From IMG/VR virus record IMGVR_UViG_3300032298_001038, positions 1 through 64,000 of that record: a stretch of 64,000 nt of DNA; one strand, written 5' to 3'. This DNA is from a virus. A program made the translations under genes and the position numbers. The notes under the pieces were generated by a model, which saw only the letters and a program-made list of their open reading frames with translations, was not told the DNA's origin and did no database searches. This document shows, in pieces, positions 36,730 through 46,101 of this stretch (its first letter is position 1; each line of letters opens with the position of its first letter).

Positions 36730-37185
36730 TTAGATATAGCGTCGCGGTTCGTCGCTGCATAGGCCGGCTGGTTCGGCGCTGGCGAGCCAGTCCGGCGGCG
36801 CGGTTTCAGGCAGCATCGCAATGGACCGGTCGATAAGTTCGTGCGGCGGCAACGTCCAGATAAATTGCGCGCTGGTCAGCGACATAAAACTATCGCTATT
36901 CAGAAAACAATGCGCATTAATGTTGCAGAGCGCGTCGATCGTTTCGGCGTTGTGGGCGCGGCACCAAATGCGCTGTTTAGACAGCATTGCCGGCGGAGCC
37001 ACGTTATACCCGCCGTCAAACGGTAGTAAAAAACTACCTTTGTGGAATATCACATCAATGCAGACGTGCCAGCCTTCTTTCAGGGCTTTTTGAACATACG
37101 CGAGCGTATTTTCAAGTTCAGGCTGGCGGCCGTCGGTGTTCCCCAGATGCGAAATAATAATGCCACTAAAAGCCTGCTTACGCAT
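36730..37185 (-). CDS. GDPD-like (glycerophosphodiester phosphodiesterase) domain protein, degenerate
   Basis: ISHLGN...ENT...AL..G..VCID pattern; HRG, EID and GHD catalytic motifs altered. Confidence 0.55.
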   Translation of the reverse strand: MRKQAFSGIIISHLGNTDGRQPELENTLAYVQKALKEGWHVCIDVIFHKGSFLLPFDGGYNVAPPAMLSKQRIWCRAHNAETIDALCNINAHCFLNSDSFMSLTSAQFIWTLPPHELIDRSIAMLPETAPPDWLASAEPAGLCSDEPRRYI

Positions 37186-37284
37186 TGCGACATCCCTGTC
37201 TTAACAGTCAACGCAAGATGTATAAATGGAAACGCCCATCGTACCACTGGCAGATGGGCGCGTCCACGCGGTTAGAAAATTTTG

Positions 37285-38319
37285 TCAGAGCACTTTCGCA
37301 GCGATCAGACAGCCGCGCGCAACCGCGTGAAGCGGGTCACTCGCGTGGCGAACTTCCTTGATCGGCAACGGGAAACCGTTCTCGACAATTTTTTGCTCGA
37401 ACATCTTGACGAACCCTTGCGCCTGCGTCGTGCCGCCGGCGAGGGCGATGAGCAGCGGATTCTTGAACTTGGGCAGCAGTTTGTGCCCGCGCAGTGCGTT
37501 CGCGAGTTGCTTCGTCGTATAGTCGATGAGCCGTTCGTAGTACGCACTCACCGCCGCGAGCACAGGATTGTCGTTCTGCTCGCCAATCACAAACTCGCCG
37601 TTCTCTTTCTCGGCCTGCACAACGCTGTCAGGCTCGCCGGTGGCGATGCCCGCCATGCGATCGATCCAGTCGCCGGACTTGGTGGTGGAGAACGTGACAG
37701 TCGGCTCGCCGTTGAGCATGACGCAGCAGTTCACCATACCAGCGCCCCACGAGAGCGCGACACCGGTGTAGTCGTCGTTCTCCAACTCCGAGTAGCACAG
37801 CGCTTCAGCCTCGTTGATGGCGCGGGCGCTGTAGCCTTGGCCATGAAGCACGGTCTTCACCACGTCTTCGTGATAGCCAACGTCAAACTCGTCGTCTTCT
37901 TGATCGACGGGCTGCGCGGGGATGCAGAACACCAGTTTCTCGTCAGGCTCGCTGGCGGTGCCGCACACCTGCTGAAGAATGTACGCCAGCACGCGCTTGG
38001 CTTCTTTTTCCTTGGGGCTAACTACGCCGCGGTACATCGGGCGCTTGGCAGAGTCATTGCGCTCGATCGCCTTCTCGATGGCGTCTTGGCCGAGAATGAT
38101 GAACGCGCCGTCGGCGTCCTTGACAAAAACTTTGCCTTGCAACCCCTTTTCGATCATCTTCGTCGCGACCGGAGTCGTGGGCTTGATAACAAAAAAAGCG
38201 TCACGGAAGTCTGTGTACTTCACGTAGCCAAACTTGTCGTCGCTCGTGTAACTCATCGGGGCTTCACCGTCGGAAGCCAAGACGATAAACGATGTACCGA
38301 CGTCTAAACCTTTCGCCAT
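37285..38319 (-). CDS. Actin-like ATPase (MreB/MamK/volactin-like)
   Basis: GLDVGTS (phosphate 1), INEA (connect 1), SWGAGMVN (phosphate 2), LAGGT (adenosine), ARG (connect 2). Confidence 0.85.
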   Translation of the reverse strand: MAKGLDVGTSFIVLASDGEAPMSYTSDDKFGYVKYTDFRDAFFVIKPTTPVATKMIEKGLQGKVFVKDADGAFIILGQDAIEKAIERNDSAKRPMYRGVVSPKEKEAKRVLAYILQQVCGTASEPDEKLVFCIPAQPVDQEDDEFDVGYHEDVVKTVLHGQGYSARAINEAEALCYSELENDDYTGVALSWGAGMVNCCVMLNGEPTVTFSTTKSGDWIDRMAGIATGEPDSVVQAEKENGEFVIGEQNDNPVLAAVSAYYERLIDYTTKQLANALRGHKLLPKFKNPLLIALAGGTTQAQGFVKMFEQKIVENGFPLPIKEVRHASDPLHAVARGCLIAAKVL

Positions 38320-38328
38320 ATTCTTCTC

Positions 38329-38472
38329 CTATTTCGTGTTCCACATGAGCGCGACGTTGGCGCAGCAATAACTAGCCCAGATAAAAAACCCGGGCGTGTT
38401 GCCTTTGTATCCCTGCTCGACTGCGACATACGCGTAAATAATCGCGACAAAGAACAGTAACGGGACGCTCAT
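38329..38472 (-). CDS. 47-aa two-TM protein (not in ORF track)
   Basis: MSVPLLFFVAIIYAYVAVEQGYKGN...; coupled to neighbours. Confidence 0.55.
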   Translation of the reverse strand: MSVPLLFFVAIIYAYVAVEQGYKGNTPGFFIWASYCCANVALMWNTK

Positions 38473-38579
38473 TTCTGCTTCAGTTTCTTTTCAAGTTTCT
38501 GAATGTACTTTGCCTGCTCTTTGAGTTTGCGACAGGCTTTTTTGACTTTCTTTTTCGACCATTTGTCCCAGAAACTCAT
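38469..38579 (-). CDS. 36-aa Lys-rich peptide (not in ORF track)
   Basis: MSFWDKWSKKKVKK...; TGATG and ATGA overlaps with neighbours. Confidence 0.5.
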   Translation of the reverse strand: MSFWDKWSKKKVKKACRKLKEQAKYIQKLEKKLKQK

Positions 38580-38938
38580 CACTTCCCCTTGAGTTGTGCC
38601 AGCCGAGAAACCGACTCGTTAATTTTGTCTTGTTTCGCGGTCGTCGTGCCGAGTTCTACTTCGGAGCCTTTTTGGATGTCTTTCGTGCTGATTTCTGTGA
38701 CGACCGTGCGCGTGTCGATGTCGATTTTTTCGGCGACGGCTTGCGCTTGGGTTTCGCTGGCGGGGCGCTTGGCGGTTCGTTCCATTCTTTGCGCGAAAAA
38801 TCCAGTGGCTTGGGGGAGTTGACTTGCTCCTTCGTGCCACTCTCGGAGCCGAACGTAAATATAGTCAAGGCGCGCACATAGATAACCAGCAAAAACGCCA
38901 GCGATAATGCCACCAATAAAGAATGCATACGTAGTCAT
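38579..38938 (-). CDS. Membrane-anchored protein upstream of actin
   Basis: N-terminal TM; SD GGAGG; C-terminal amphipathic helix SVSRLAQLKGK. Confidence 0.65.
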   Translation of the reverse strand: MTTYAFFIGGIIAGVFAGYLCARLDYIYVRLREWHEGASQLPQATGFFAQRMERTAKRPASETQAQAVAEKIDIDTRTVVTEISTKDIQKGSEVELGTTTAKQDKINESVSRLAQLKGK

Positions 38939-38967
38939 AACTCCTCCGCGCAAAACTAAAGTATACC

Positions 38968-39228
38968 TTAAGTTTCGTGCGTTTTAAGTCGCTCTTGCTG
39001 TTGTTCGTCGTACCGCAGAATTTCTTGCGCATCAAATACGTCTGGCGCGCACTGGGCCGCGGCATAGATATCATAAGGCCGCGGATAGTGTTTTAACAAC
39101 CACAGCGCCTCACGCCGGACAGCCTTGGGAATGCGCTTGATGCCGTTTTCGTTGTACGGGCTGATTAACCGCACCAGAAAGTCGTGCACGCTGACGACTG
39201 CGCGCGTGCGTTCATTGGGAAGTGTCAT
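38968..39228 (-). CDS. Conserved phage hypothetical protein
   Basis: MTLP.ER..A...LKHYP motif. Confidence 0.65.
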   Translation of the reverse strand: MTLPNERTRAVVSVHDFLVRLISPYNENGIKRIPKAVRREALWLLKHYPRPYDIYAAAQCAPDVFDAQEILRYDEQQQERLKTHET

Positions 39229-39237
39229 GAGCGTGGC

Positions 39238-39723
39238 CTAAAATTCGATGGTGCCGCCGTTGAAGGTATAAGACACGCCAAGGCGCTCGTCTAGTAATTC
39301 GATCTGCACGCCGGATTCGCGCAGCATCTGGTCTGCCGCAGCAATAGACTCAGCCCAGCGTCCATTGGCTTGCGACCGCGGGACCGTGTGGCCAACAACG
39401 CGAGTAATGCCCGCCAGAATAATCGCGCGAGCACAGTCGGCGCAGGCAAACCACGGGCAGTACAGCGTGGCGTTGTGCGTCCTGATTCCTGCCTTGGCGG
39501 CAGCAAAGATTGCGCCCCGTTCTGCGTGCTCAACGAACTGGTACTTCGCCGGGCGTGCCAGTCGGGCTTCGCTGACAACCACTTCGGGTGGCAGGCGGTT
39601 CGCGGCCACAACGATTTCACCAGACGCGGCCCGAAGAAGCGCGCCATTTTGCGTGTGCGGGTCTTGGCTCTCCATCTGCCCAACTTTGCAGGCTTCGCGG
39701 AGGTAGATAGCGTCGTGCGTCAT
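39238..39723 (-). CDS. dCMP/cytidine deaminase
   Basis: HAE and PWFACADC zinc motifs. Confidence 0.9.
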   Translation of the reverse strand: MTHDAIYLREACKVGQMESQDPHTQNGALLRAASGEIVVAANRLPPEVVVSEARLARPAKYQFVEHAERGAIFAAAKAGIRTHNATLYCPWFACADCARAIILAGITRVVGHTVPRSQANGRWAESIAAADQMLRESGVQIELLDERLGVSYTFNGGTIEF

Positions 39724-39980
39724 GCGTGCCAGTTGCCCATGTACTTAACAGCGATATACGTCCCGATAAACGCGCCGCAGGCCAACGGGATCAAGTACCA
39801 TGGGTTGTGCAGGTAACTCATCACGCCGTACGCGCCCAGACTGTACAGCGCGGCGCTGATGGCGCTGGCACGCCACGCTTGCTGCCGGCTGACACACAGC
39901 ACGTACAACGCATAGAGAATGTCAAAAAAGACATAGACGACAAATACCGTCGCCGCTGTGGACCAGTTAAATTCTTCCAT
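39720..39980 (-). CDS. Small multi-TM protein
   Basis: Three hydrophobic helices; ATGA coupling. Confidence 0.65.
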   Translation of the reverse strand: MEEFNWSTAATVFVVYVFFDILYALYVLCVSRQQAWRASAISAALYSLGAYGVMSYLHNPWYLIPLACGAFIGTYIAVKYMGNWHA

Positions 39981-39982
39981 GA

Positions 39983-40459
39983 CTACAACTGCTCCTCTGC
40001 GTCAAAGTGTGTGTTCAAAGCGTCAGCGAATCGGTCGGAAATCTCCCATATCTCATCACCTTCCGCCTCTTCGCCAACTTCGACTTTGTTGCGCCGCACG
40101 ACGACTTCGTACGCACAGAAGTATGGGTAGACGTCGACGTAAAGCCGCTGGCACCCGTTGGCTTCGGTCAACATGCTCGGCTCTTCTTCAATCTCTTCCC
40201 ACGTCATATCGTCCGGCGGAAGCATAAAAGAAAATTGCACGTGCCATGGCGTGGCGTTGTCGGTGTCGACGTACACGGGCGTCAAACCCACCTCTTCGGT
40301 CAGCACGTCGAGCCAGCCGAACAAATCCTGCATAAAGCAGTCATGCGAACTTTCGTACCACGGTAAACCGGCGCGGTTACCTGTGTCGCCGTTCACGTCG
40401 GCGTACTGCACGGACTCAATCGTCTGCCAGATGTGTTCCATCAAACGCGCGTACGCCAC
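39983..40459 (-). CDS. Acidic hypothetical protein
   Basis: 158-aa ORF in operon. Confidence 0.6.
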   Translation of the reverse strand: MAYARLMEHIWQTIESVQYADVNGDTGNRAGLPWYESSHDCFMQDLFGWLDVLTEEVGLTPVYVDTDNATPWHVQFSFMLPPDDMTWEEIEEEPSMLTEANGCQRLYVDVYPYFCAYEVVVRRNKVEVGEEAEGDEIWEISDRFADALNTHFDAEEQL

Positions 40460-40474
40460 AGTTGTCCTCCCTAT

Positions 40475-40792
40475 TTAATTATCCCGGTCATGTTCAAAGA
40501 TTTTGCCGCCAGTGGCGAGTAACGCCATTGCCAGCAAACCGCCAAGAACAGCGCCAACGTAACCGACTACATGCGCGACTAGCCACAGCGCGTACTGAGT
40601 CTTCGGCCACATTGCAGGATTAAGAAAATAGGGCCAGATGTGCCACGCGGTAAAACCACCAAACCACAGCACACCGATGTGTATCCATAGCCGCGACCAT
40701 TCCGCGCTAACGCGCTGCTGCTCCTGCTCGTCGAGCATAGCCAGCCGGGCACGTTCTTCTGTTTCCAGTTCGCGGGACGTTTGCGGCATCAT
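40475..40792 (-). CDS. Two-TM protein
   Basis: Hydrophobic helices. Confidence 0.6.
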   Translation of the reverse strand: MMPQTSRELETEERARLAMLDEQEQQRVSAEWSRLWIHIGVLWFGGFTAWHIWPYFLNPAMWPKTQYALWLVAHVVGYVGAVLGGLLAMALLATGGKIFEHDRDN

Positions 40793-40797
40793 GCCAC

Positions 40798-41067
40798 CTA
40801 GACAATCGCGCCGGCTTGGATCATGCCGGAAAAGATATCAAAAGCCTTCTTGCAGCGCAGGTCGTGCAGTTCGCGCAGGCCGATCAGGGCGTTTGCCACG
40901 CGCTCACGATCCGTAGATTCGTCGGTCAAGGCGTCCAGCACGATATCGAGATCGTCGACGACGTTGCCGCAGGCAATAATCGCTTGTTCAAGGTCAAAGC
41001 GGTCCATCGTAGTGCTCCTGTCGATTTCGGTGAGAACTTGGGCTAATTCAGCCAATTCGCGTTGCAT
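40798..41067 (-). CDS. Hypothetical protein
   Basis: Helical acidic ORF; start uncertain. Confidence 0.5.
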   Translation of the reverse strand: MQRELAELAQVLTEIDRSTTMDRFDLEQAIIACGNVVDDLDIVLDALTDESTDRERVANALIGLRELHDLRCKKAFDIFSGMIQAGAIV

Positions 41068-41590
41068 AGCAAGCCCCGTCGTCGCGGCGGATTGAGTAAC
41101 CACAGTGTTGTAATCGTTGCATTAAGGCTTGCGCGTCCGGCAGCGGGACGAGGCCGTTATTCTCAAAAAATATCTCACGCGGCCGTTGTGCGCAAGTGTC
41201 TAAAAAGTCGTTCAAAATAATCGCGTCGTGGCCTTCGGTGTCAATCTTTAAATAGTCGATCTCGCCGATGCCGTGCTTGTCGAGCAGCGCTTTAATCCTG
41301 ACGACCGGTACGGTATCCGCGCGCAGAATCTCAGCGGGCAAACCGGCATGATGCTTGTGCGGTTTGCCCACAGAATTACAGCCGCGCAGCCACGTGTCGA
41401 GTTTGCGCGGCGCAATCTCGTCGGGGTCGACGTAATAGATATCGACCGTGCCCGTGTAGTTCGACACGGCCACGTTTTCCTTCCGGCACGGAGGCAGCCG
41501 GTCGAAATAATACTTCAGCGGTTCGATAAACAAACCGTCGGCTAGGCCGGCGGACGTCTCGAAGTCGCAGGTGCCGATTTCAACAATCAT
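41048..41590 (-). CDS. FkbM-family methyltransferase
   Basis: VEIGT, IEP, NVAVS and LKIDTEGHD motifs. Confidence 0.8.
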   Translation of the reverse strand: MIVEIGTCDFETSAGLADGLFIEPLKYYFDRLPPCRKENVAVSNYTGTVDIYYVDPDEIAPRKLDTWLRGCNSVGKPHKHHAGLPAEILRADTVPVVRIKALLDKHGIGEIDYLKIDTEGHDAIILNDFLDTCAQRPREIFFENNGLVPLPDAQALMQRLQHCGYSIRRDDGACYATRIG

Positions 41591-41596
41591 CGTAAA

Positions 41597-41668
41597 CTGC
41601 CCGGGTAAGACTCGAACTTACAACCCCAGCATTAACAGTGCCGTGCACTACCATTGTGCTACCGGGCA
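41597..41668 (-). tRNA. trnN-GTT: tRNA-Asn (GUU), CCA not encoded
   Basis: Acceptor TGCCCGG/CCGGGCA; D-arm GCAC-AATGGTA-GTGC; anticodon arm CGGCA-CTGTTAA-TGCTG; T-arm GTAAG-TTCGAGT-CTTAC; discriminator G. Confidence 0.92.
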
Positions 41669-41806
41669 TCATCTTGGCCCCGTGTCTGTCGTATTGCCGC
41701 TGTCACTCGTGAGCAGGTGCAGCATCAACACGGCCGCGACACACCACAGTATCTCCGTCATGACTTTACTTTCGTAGCGCAAAATATACCGACGGTATAT
41801 TCTCGA

Positions 41807-42343
41807 TCACTTTCCTAAAAATTTGAACGGATCGTGACGCGTGTTCCGCAGCATTTGCCGCAGGTCGTTCGCCATGATGCGGCGCATGCGCTCGGCGTCT
41901 TCGTAACTGTCTTTGAGTTGGTCTTCATAGAACACGGTGAGGTAGCGCGCCGTCACCGGGAACGCGGCAGACAACTGATCGAGTTGTTGCAGCCGCTTCG
42001 TGTAGTTCTCGACAACGTGCATCTCCAGTTCGATCGCGTGCGTGATCGCGTCTTCGGCGTTACTAAACGTCGAAAACGACGCCGATGACTGCGTCGGGTT
42101 GGGGTAGTTCAGCCCGTATAGCCGGTCCAGAAACGCCTGCACATGCAGCATCTCGCCTTTCGCTGCGTCCGTAAAAAATTCGCGGTATTCTGTGGCGTGC
42201 ATGCCGGTAATCGCCGCCGAGTGGTACAAGTAAAACTTGAGATGGGTCCACTCGTTCTGGAGATCGTTGTTTATCAACTCCAGAAATGCCGGCAACGTTA
42301 AACCGGGTTCACCGACCGGGCCGGGATCGCCTGCGTGACTCAT
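41807..42343 (-). CDS. Ferritin-like (four-helix, diiron-type) protein
   Basis: E...Y..H, EMLH, ELE..V...Y and E..D...M patterns. Confidence 0.7.
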   Translation of the reverse strand: MSHAGDPGPVGEPGLTLPAFLELINNDLQNEWTHLKFYLYHSAAITGMHATEYREFFTDAAKGEMLHVQAFLDRLYGLNYPNPTQSSASFSTFSNAEDAITHAIELEMHVVENYTKRLQQLDQLSAAFPVTARYLTVFYEDQLKDSYEDAERMRRIMANDLRQMLRNTRHDPFKFLGK

Positions 42344-42984
42344 GACTGAAACTCCTTTTCGTCATCTCGGGTTATCACATCCGGCGTAAAGTCCGGATGC
42401 AGCGCCGGGCGGTAATCATAATGGTCAAAGTCTGCGGTGACTAGGGGGGCTGACAGCAGATCGTCGATGCGGAGATTGAAACAATCCCACTTGAACCGCC
42501 AGCCACCAAAACCAGCCGGGTCGATGTCGCCGCGCTTGTAAAACAACGCCTGCGCAAAAAACGCTTCTTTGGGCATTAAACCCAGCAGCCACGCCTTCGA
42601 GAAATCTTTGAGAACACGCACGAACGCGTAGTAATCGCACTGCTGCTCGGCGTTGCTGGCGGCAATCGAACAGTTGTAGTGCTGCTGCGGCGCGGAGGTG
42701 CAGCGTTTAGTTTTTACTTCGATGCGCCCCAGTATTTCCGGGTCCAGCAGGTCGTAGTGAAAGATCGATTCGCCTTGAGAGCGCAGAAACCCGTAATAGT
42801 CGCGGAACAACTCTTCGCCCACCAGTCCCGCGAGCATGCCTTCGCCTTCGGTGATCGAGTTGTTTAAGTGCGCCCGGCCGTAGCGCGCCGCGAACAACTT
42901 TGTCATTTCTTTTTCACGGGCGCGGGCATTGGCTATTTGACGCTTGGCCGGCACAATCTCCAACAATTTGAACTTGGTGGGCAT
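42340..42984 (-). CDS. PD-(D/E)xK nuclease-like protein
   Basis: GE...YDL...IEVKTK motif. Confidence 0.6.
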   Translation of the reverse strand: MPTKFKLLEIVPAKRQIANARAREKEMTKLFAARYGRAHLNNSITEGEGMLAGLVGEELFRDYYGFLRSQGESIFHYDLLDPEILGRIEVKTKRCTSAPQQHYNCSIAASNAEQQCDYYAFVRVLKDFSKAWLLGLMPKEAFFAQALFYKRGDIDPAGFGGWRFKWDCFNLRIDDLLSAPLVTADFDHYDYRPALHPDFTPDVITRDDEKEFQS

Positions 42985-43023
42985 GCGAATCCTTTCGCGT
43001 TCGTGCGTCCGTGCACGATTGCG

Positions 43024-43923
43024 TCAGCCAGCGCGTTGGAGTTCTTGAATCCACGCGCGCTTGATGACTGACCAATCGAATGTCTTGCCGACCTCCAAGG
43101 CGGCCTGACACATATGAGCGTACAACTCCGGCTCGTTTTGTAAAGTCCGAATTGTATTGCTAGCGCTAGCAATGAAAGCATCTTCTTCCATCGGTAACAT
43201 AATGCCGGCGCCTGAGTTGGCTATTTCAGGAAAGATACCGACGGGCGTGCCCAGTGTTGGTATCCCAGCCGCGGCGGCTTCAATGGCCACGTACGGGTTG
43301 CCTTCGACTAGCGAGCAAAACATGACAAGATCGACTTCGTGATACAGCCGATCAGCCACGAAAAAAGGCACGTTTTCGCGGTTCCAGAGCGTTAAGCCGG
43401 TGTTCTCGGCGACGCTCTTCGCCAGATATCCGCGCTTGATATCGAACTCGCCGTCCTTGCGGTGCCAGCGGCCGAAGTAGCCCAGTTTAGATATTTGAGT
43501 GGGCCGCTCGCGCTGGTAATTTGCGCAATTGACGCCGACGCGTAAAAACGTCGGGACGCGTTTGATCCCGTGCGAAAACGATACAGCCCTCAGCGGCTCG
43601 GAGACGACGGCGTATCCCCGCAGTCGTTCGAAATAGCCCGCTGGAAATCGACGGAGTGCGTCCACGATGTCGAAGTCGAGGTGGACATGGCCGTAGCATT
43701 TTTCAAGTGGGATGCCGTATGTGTCGTGAAGGAAGAAACATCCCACGGGTGTGGAGAAGAATAGATCGTACTTCTGCTGCATCCGGTCTGTGTTTTCGCG
43801 TTCTTGGACTTTCCCCCAGTCGAATATGTCACAATCCACCTCCGGATACAGGTTCTTTGCCAGTTCGTTGAATATCTTGCCGAAGACCCAGTTGTTCTCG
43901 ATAAAAAACAAGACCCGCTTCAA
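43024..43923 (-). CDS. GT-B (GT4-like) glycosyltransferase
   Basis: KRG...SLVEGNPYVAIEAAAAGIPTL motif. Confidence 0.85.
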   Translation of the reverse strand: MKRVLFFIENNWVFGKIFNELAKNLYPEVDCDIFDWGKVQERENTDRMQQKYDLFFSTPVGCFFLHDTYGIPLEKCYGHVHLDFDIVDALRRFPAGYFERLRGYAVVSEPLRAVSFSHGIKRVPTFLRVGVNCANYQRERPTQISKLGYFGRWHRKDGEFDIKRGYLAKSVAENTGLTLWNRENVPFFVADRLYHEVDLVMFCSLVEGNPYVAIEAAAAGIPTLGTPVGIFPEIANSGAGIMLPMEEDAFIASASNTIRTLQNEPELYAHMCQAALEVGKTFDWSVIKRAWIQELQRAG

Positions 43924-44016
43924 GTGATGACTCCTGTCGGGGAGCCACTACTTTAGCGGGTCTTTCCGCACCTGTAAACGGCACTTGAGTGCTTTTCGGT
44001 TGGGGCCGAACGGGTG

Positions 44017-46092
44017 CTAGTTGTGCGATACTTTAAGTTCGGCTTTGTTACCTCGGCGGGTGTTAACCCAGCGACCTTTTTGGCCGCGGGCGCGATACTT
44101 TTTCAGCCATTCGTCGGCGACTTCTTCAGCCGTCTTCTCGGTCTTCTTTTTTTTCTTCTTGCTGCCAATCGGGCGGCACGAGTTTTCGCTGTACGGCGCT
44201 TTGCCCGGCGCGGGTTCATAGCCCTTCCAGCAGCGGGCTTCTTTCGCCCACTGGTGTGCAAGATTGTAGCCGTGCTCGACCGACGTTTTTTGTCGCATAC
44301 CTAACAACCCGGAACCCATTTCTTTAGCCCAATTAGTCCATGTCGGTTTTGAATACTCTTCACCCGTTCGCAGGTGCTGGTTAAGCGCGCTATCTTGGTC
44401 GGCGTATTGCGAACTCAATGTGCCAACGTTCTTTGCGGCCAGTTGCGCTTCTTCGGGGGACAAACCCATATTCTCCAGCATCCGCGGCGTCATACCGCCC
44501 ATGCTATTCAACATTTGAATTTGACCAAGTTGCTCTCTGCCCGCTGCAACTTGCTTGGCCGCACCTTCGCGCGACGGCACCGTCGCCCACCCGCCGCCGC
44601 CTTTAATTTGCGCAACCGGGTCTTTTGCTAGCAAAATTTGCTTCTGCTGGTCTGTCAGTTTTTCAGGCACCATGCCCATCGACTTGCCGATGCCACTTAC
44701 AGCGTCAGCCATGAAGTTCTGCGCGCCCTGACCAAACATACCGCCACCAGCGCCAGCCAGACCTGCGGCGCCAAGGCCCAGCAAGCCAAGCATTCCCATT
44801 CCCCCGCCACCACCGAACATACTGCCGAGTATGCCCAGAAGACCGCCACCCAAGCCAATCCCCATCATCCACTTCATCGGCTCGGGCATGTTTTGATAAC
44901 CCTGCATGACACTCTGCAACATGCCGCCCTGCTCTTGCGGGCCAGCGCCGGGATTCTGCTGCCGCAACTTCGCAAACTCTTCACGGATGTAGGCGTTGCC
45001 GGCCTTGTCCACCTCGGCCTGAAAAGCCTTGGCCTGCGGCGTGTCTTTGCCGGCATGTAAGTCAGCCATGCCTTGTTTCATTTCCGGATTGCTGTCCATC
45101 ATCTGTTGCACATGCTGCTGCGCCAGTTGCTTTTTCTCGGCGTCCGGCATGTCGCTATTCAACTTGGCCATGACGTCCGTGTTCGCCTGCTGCTTCTGGT
45201 CCGGCGTCATCGGCGTCGCGGGTTTGGCGGCGCCGTCGGTCGGCGTGTTTTGTGTTGGCTGCGCGCCCGGCTGTTGCTGCGTGGCGGCCGTTTGTTGCGG
45301 CGCGCCTTGCTCGGGAGCGGGCGTCGGTGCGGTCTCTGTCCCGCCAGATAATTGTCGTACACCTTCGAGTGCCGCGGGCAATGCGGCCTCGGTGCCAAGC
45401 GTGGCTGCGGTACCGCCAGCAGTCATCGCGCCACCGCCGGCCGCTGTTAATCCAGCCGCGGCGGCGACAGGAACAGCCGCTGCCGTCGCAGTCGCGCCGC
45501 CAGCAATACCCATTGCCGTTTGCCCCCAGCCCTTAAGGCTTTCTTCGCCGCGCTCTGTGCTCGTCTGCGTCGTCCACGGGTTGTACCACCGATCAAGCAC
45601 GTCAACGTACGACCCGTAGCCTGTGTGACTTTTCGGCCCCGGCGTTGTCTGACTTTGTTGCGCGCGCATCTGCGCGAATGTTTGCGGGTCGACTTGTTGC
45701 CGGTTTGTCGCCAGTGCGGGTTGCGCCGGCTGACCTGATTGCGCAGCAGCCACAGACGCGGCATTTTGCTGTGCACGAAGTTGCGCCGTGGTTGGCTGCG
45801 CAGCGGGGGCCGCGGGCGTTTGCCGCGAAAAAATAGAATTGTTGCCAGCCGGTGCCGCGCCAATCGAAGCAGACGCTAACCCAGTGGGTTTAGGCTGCGG
45901 GGGCATCAACGGCTTCGCGCCGCCGCCCGGCTTGTTAAACGAGAACGATTGCGCCTGTTCAGTCAGGCCTTTCGGCATCGGCGCGGCCGGTTTCGGCGCC
46001 GTTACGCTTTTCGGTAATCCGGCGCCCGTTGGGTTGTCTGTGAGAAACGCATATTTGCGCAACGCCGATTGTACGTGCTTCGGAAGTGCCAT
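44017..46092 (-). CDS. Low-complexity/Gly-zipper virion protein with C-terminal CWxGY mini-module
   Basis: P/Q/A-rich, Gly-zipper helices; KEA-RCWKGYEP...SCRP; EKTA. Confidence 0.65.
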   Translation of the reverse strand: MALPKHVQSALRKYAFLTDNPTGAGLPKSVTAPKPAAPMPKGLTEQAQSFSFNKPGGGAKPLMPPQPKPTGLASASIGAAPAGNNSIFSRQTPAAPAAQPTTAQLRAQQNAASVAAAQSGQPAQPALATNRQQVDPQTFAQMRAQQSQTTPGPKSHTGYGSYVDVLDRWYNPWTTQTSTERGEESLKGWGQTAMGIAGGATATAAAVPVAAAAGLTAAGGGAMTAGGTAATLGTEAALPAALEGVRQLSGGTETAPTPAPEQGAPQQTAATQQQPGAQPTQNTPTDGAAKPATPMTPDQKQQANTDVMAKLNSDMPDAEKKQLAQQHVQQMMDSNPEMKQGMADLHAGKDTPQAKAFQAEVDKAGNAYIREEFAKLRQQNPGAGPQEQGGMLQSVMQGYQNMPEPMKWMMGIGLGGGLLGILGSMFGGGGGMGMLGLLGLGAAGLAGAGGGMFGQGAQNFMADAVSGIGKSMGMVPEKLTDQQKQILLAKDPVAQIKGGGGWATVPSREGAAKQVAAGREQLGQIQMLNSMGGMTPRMLENMGLSPEEAQLAAKNVGTLSSQYADQDSALNQHLRTGEEYSKPTWTNWAKEMGSGLLGMRQKTSVEHGYNLAHQWAKEARCWKGYEPAPGKAPYSENSCRPIGSKKKKKKTEKTAEEVADEWLKKYRARGQKGRWVNTRRGNKAELKVSHN

Positions 46093-46101
46093 AAATATCC
46101 C

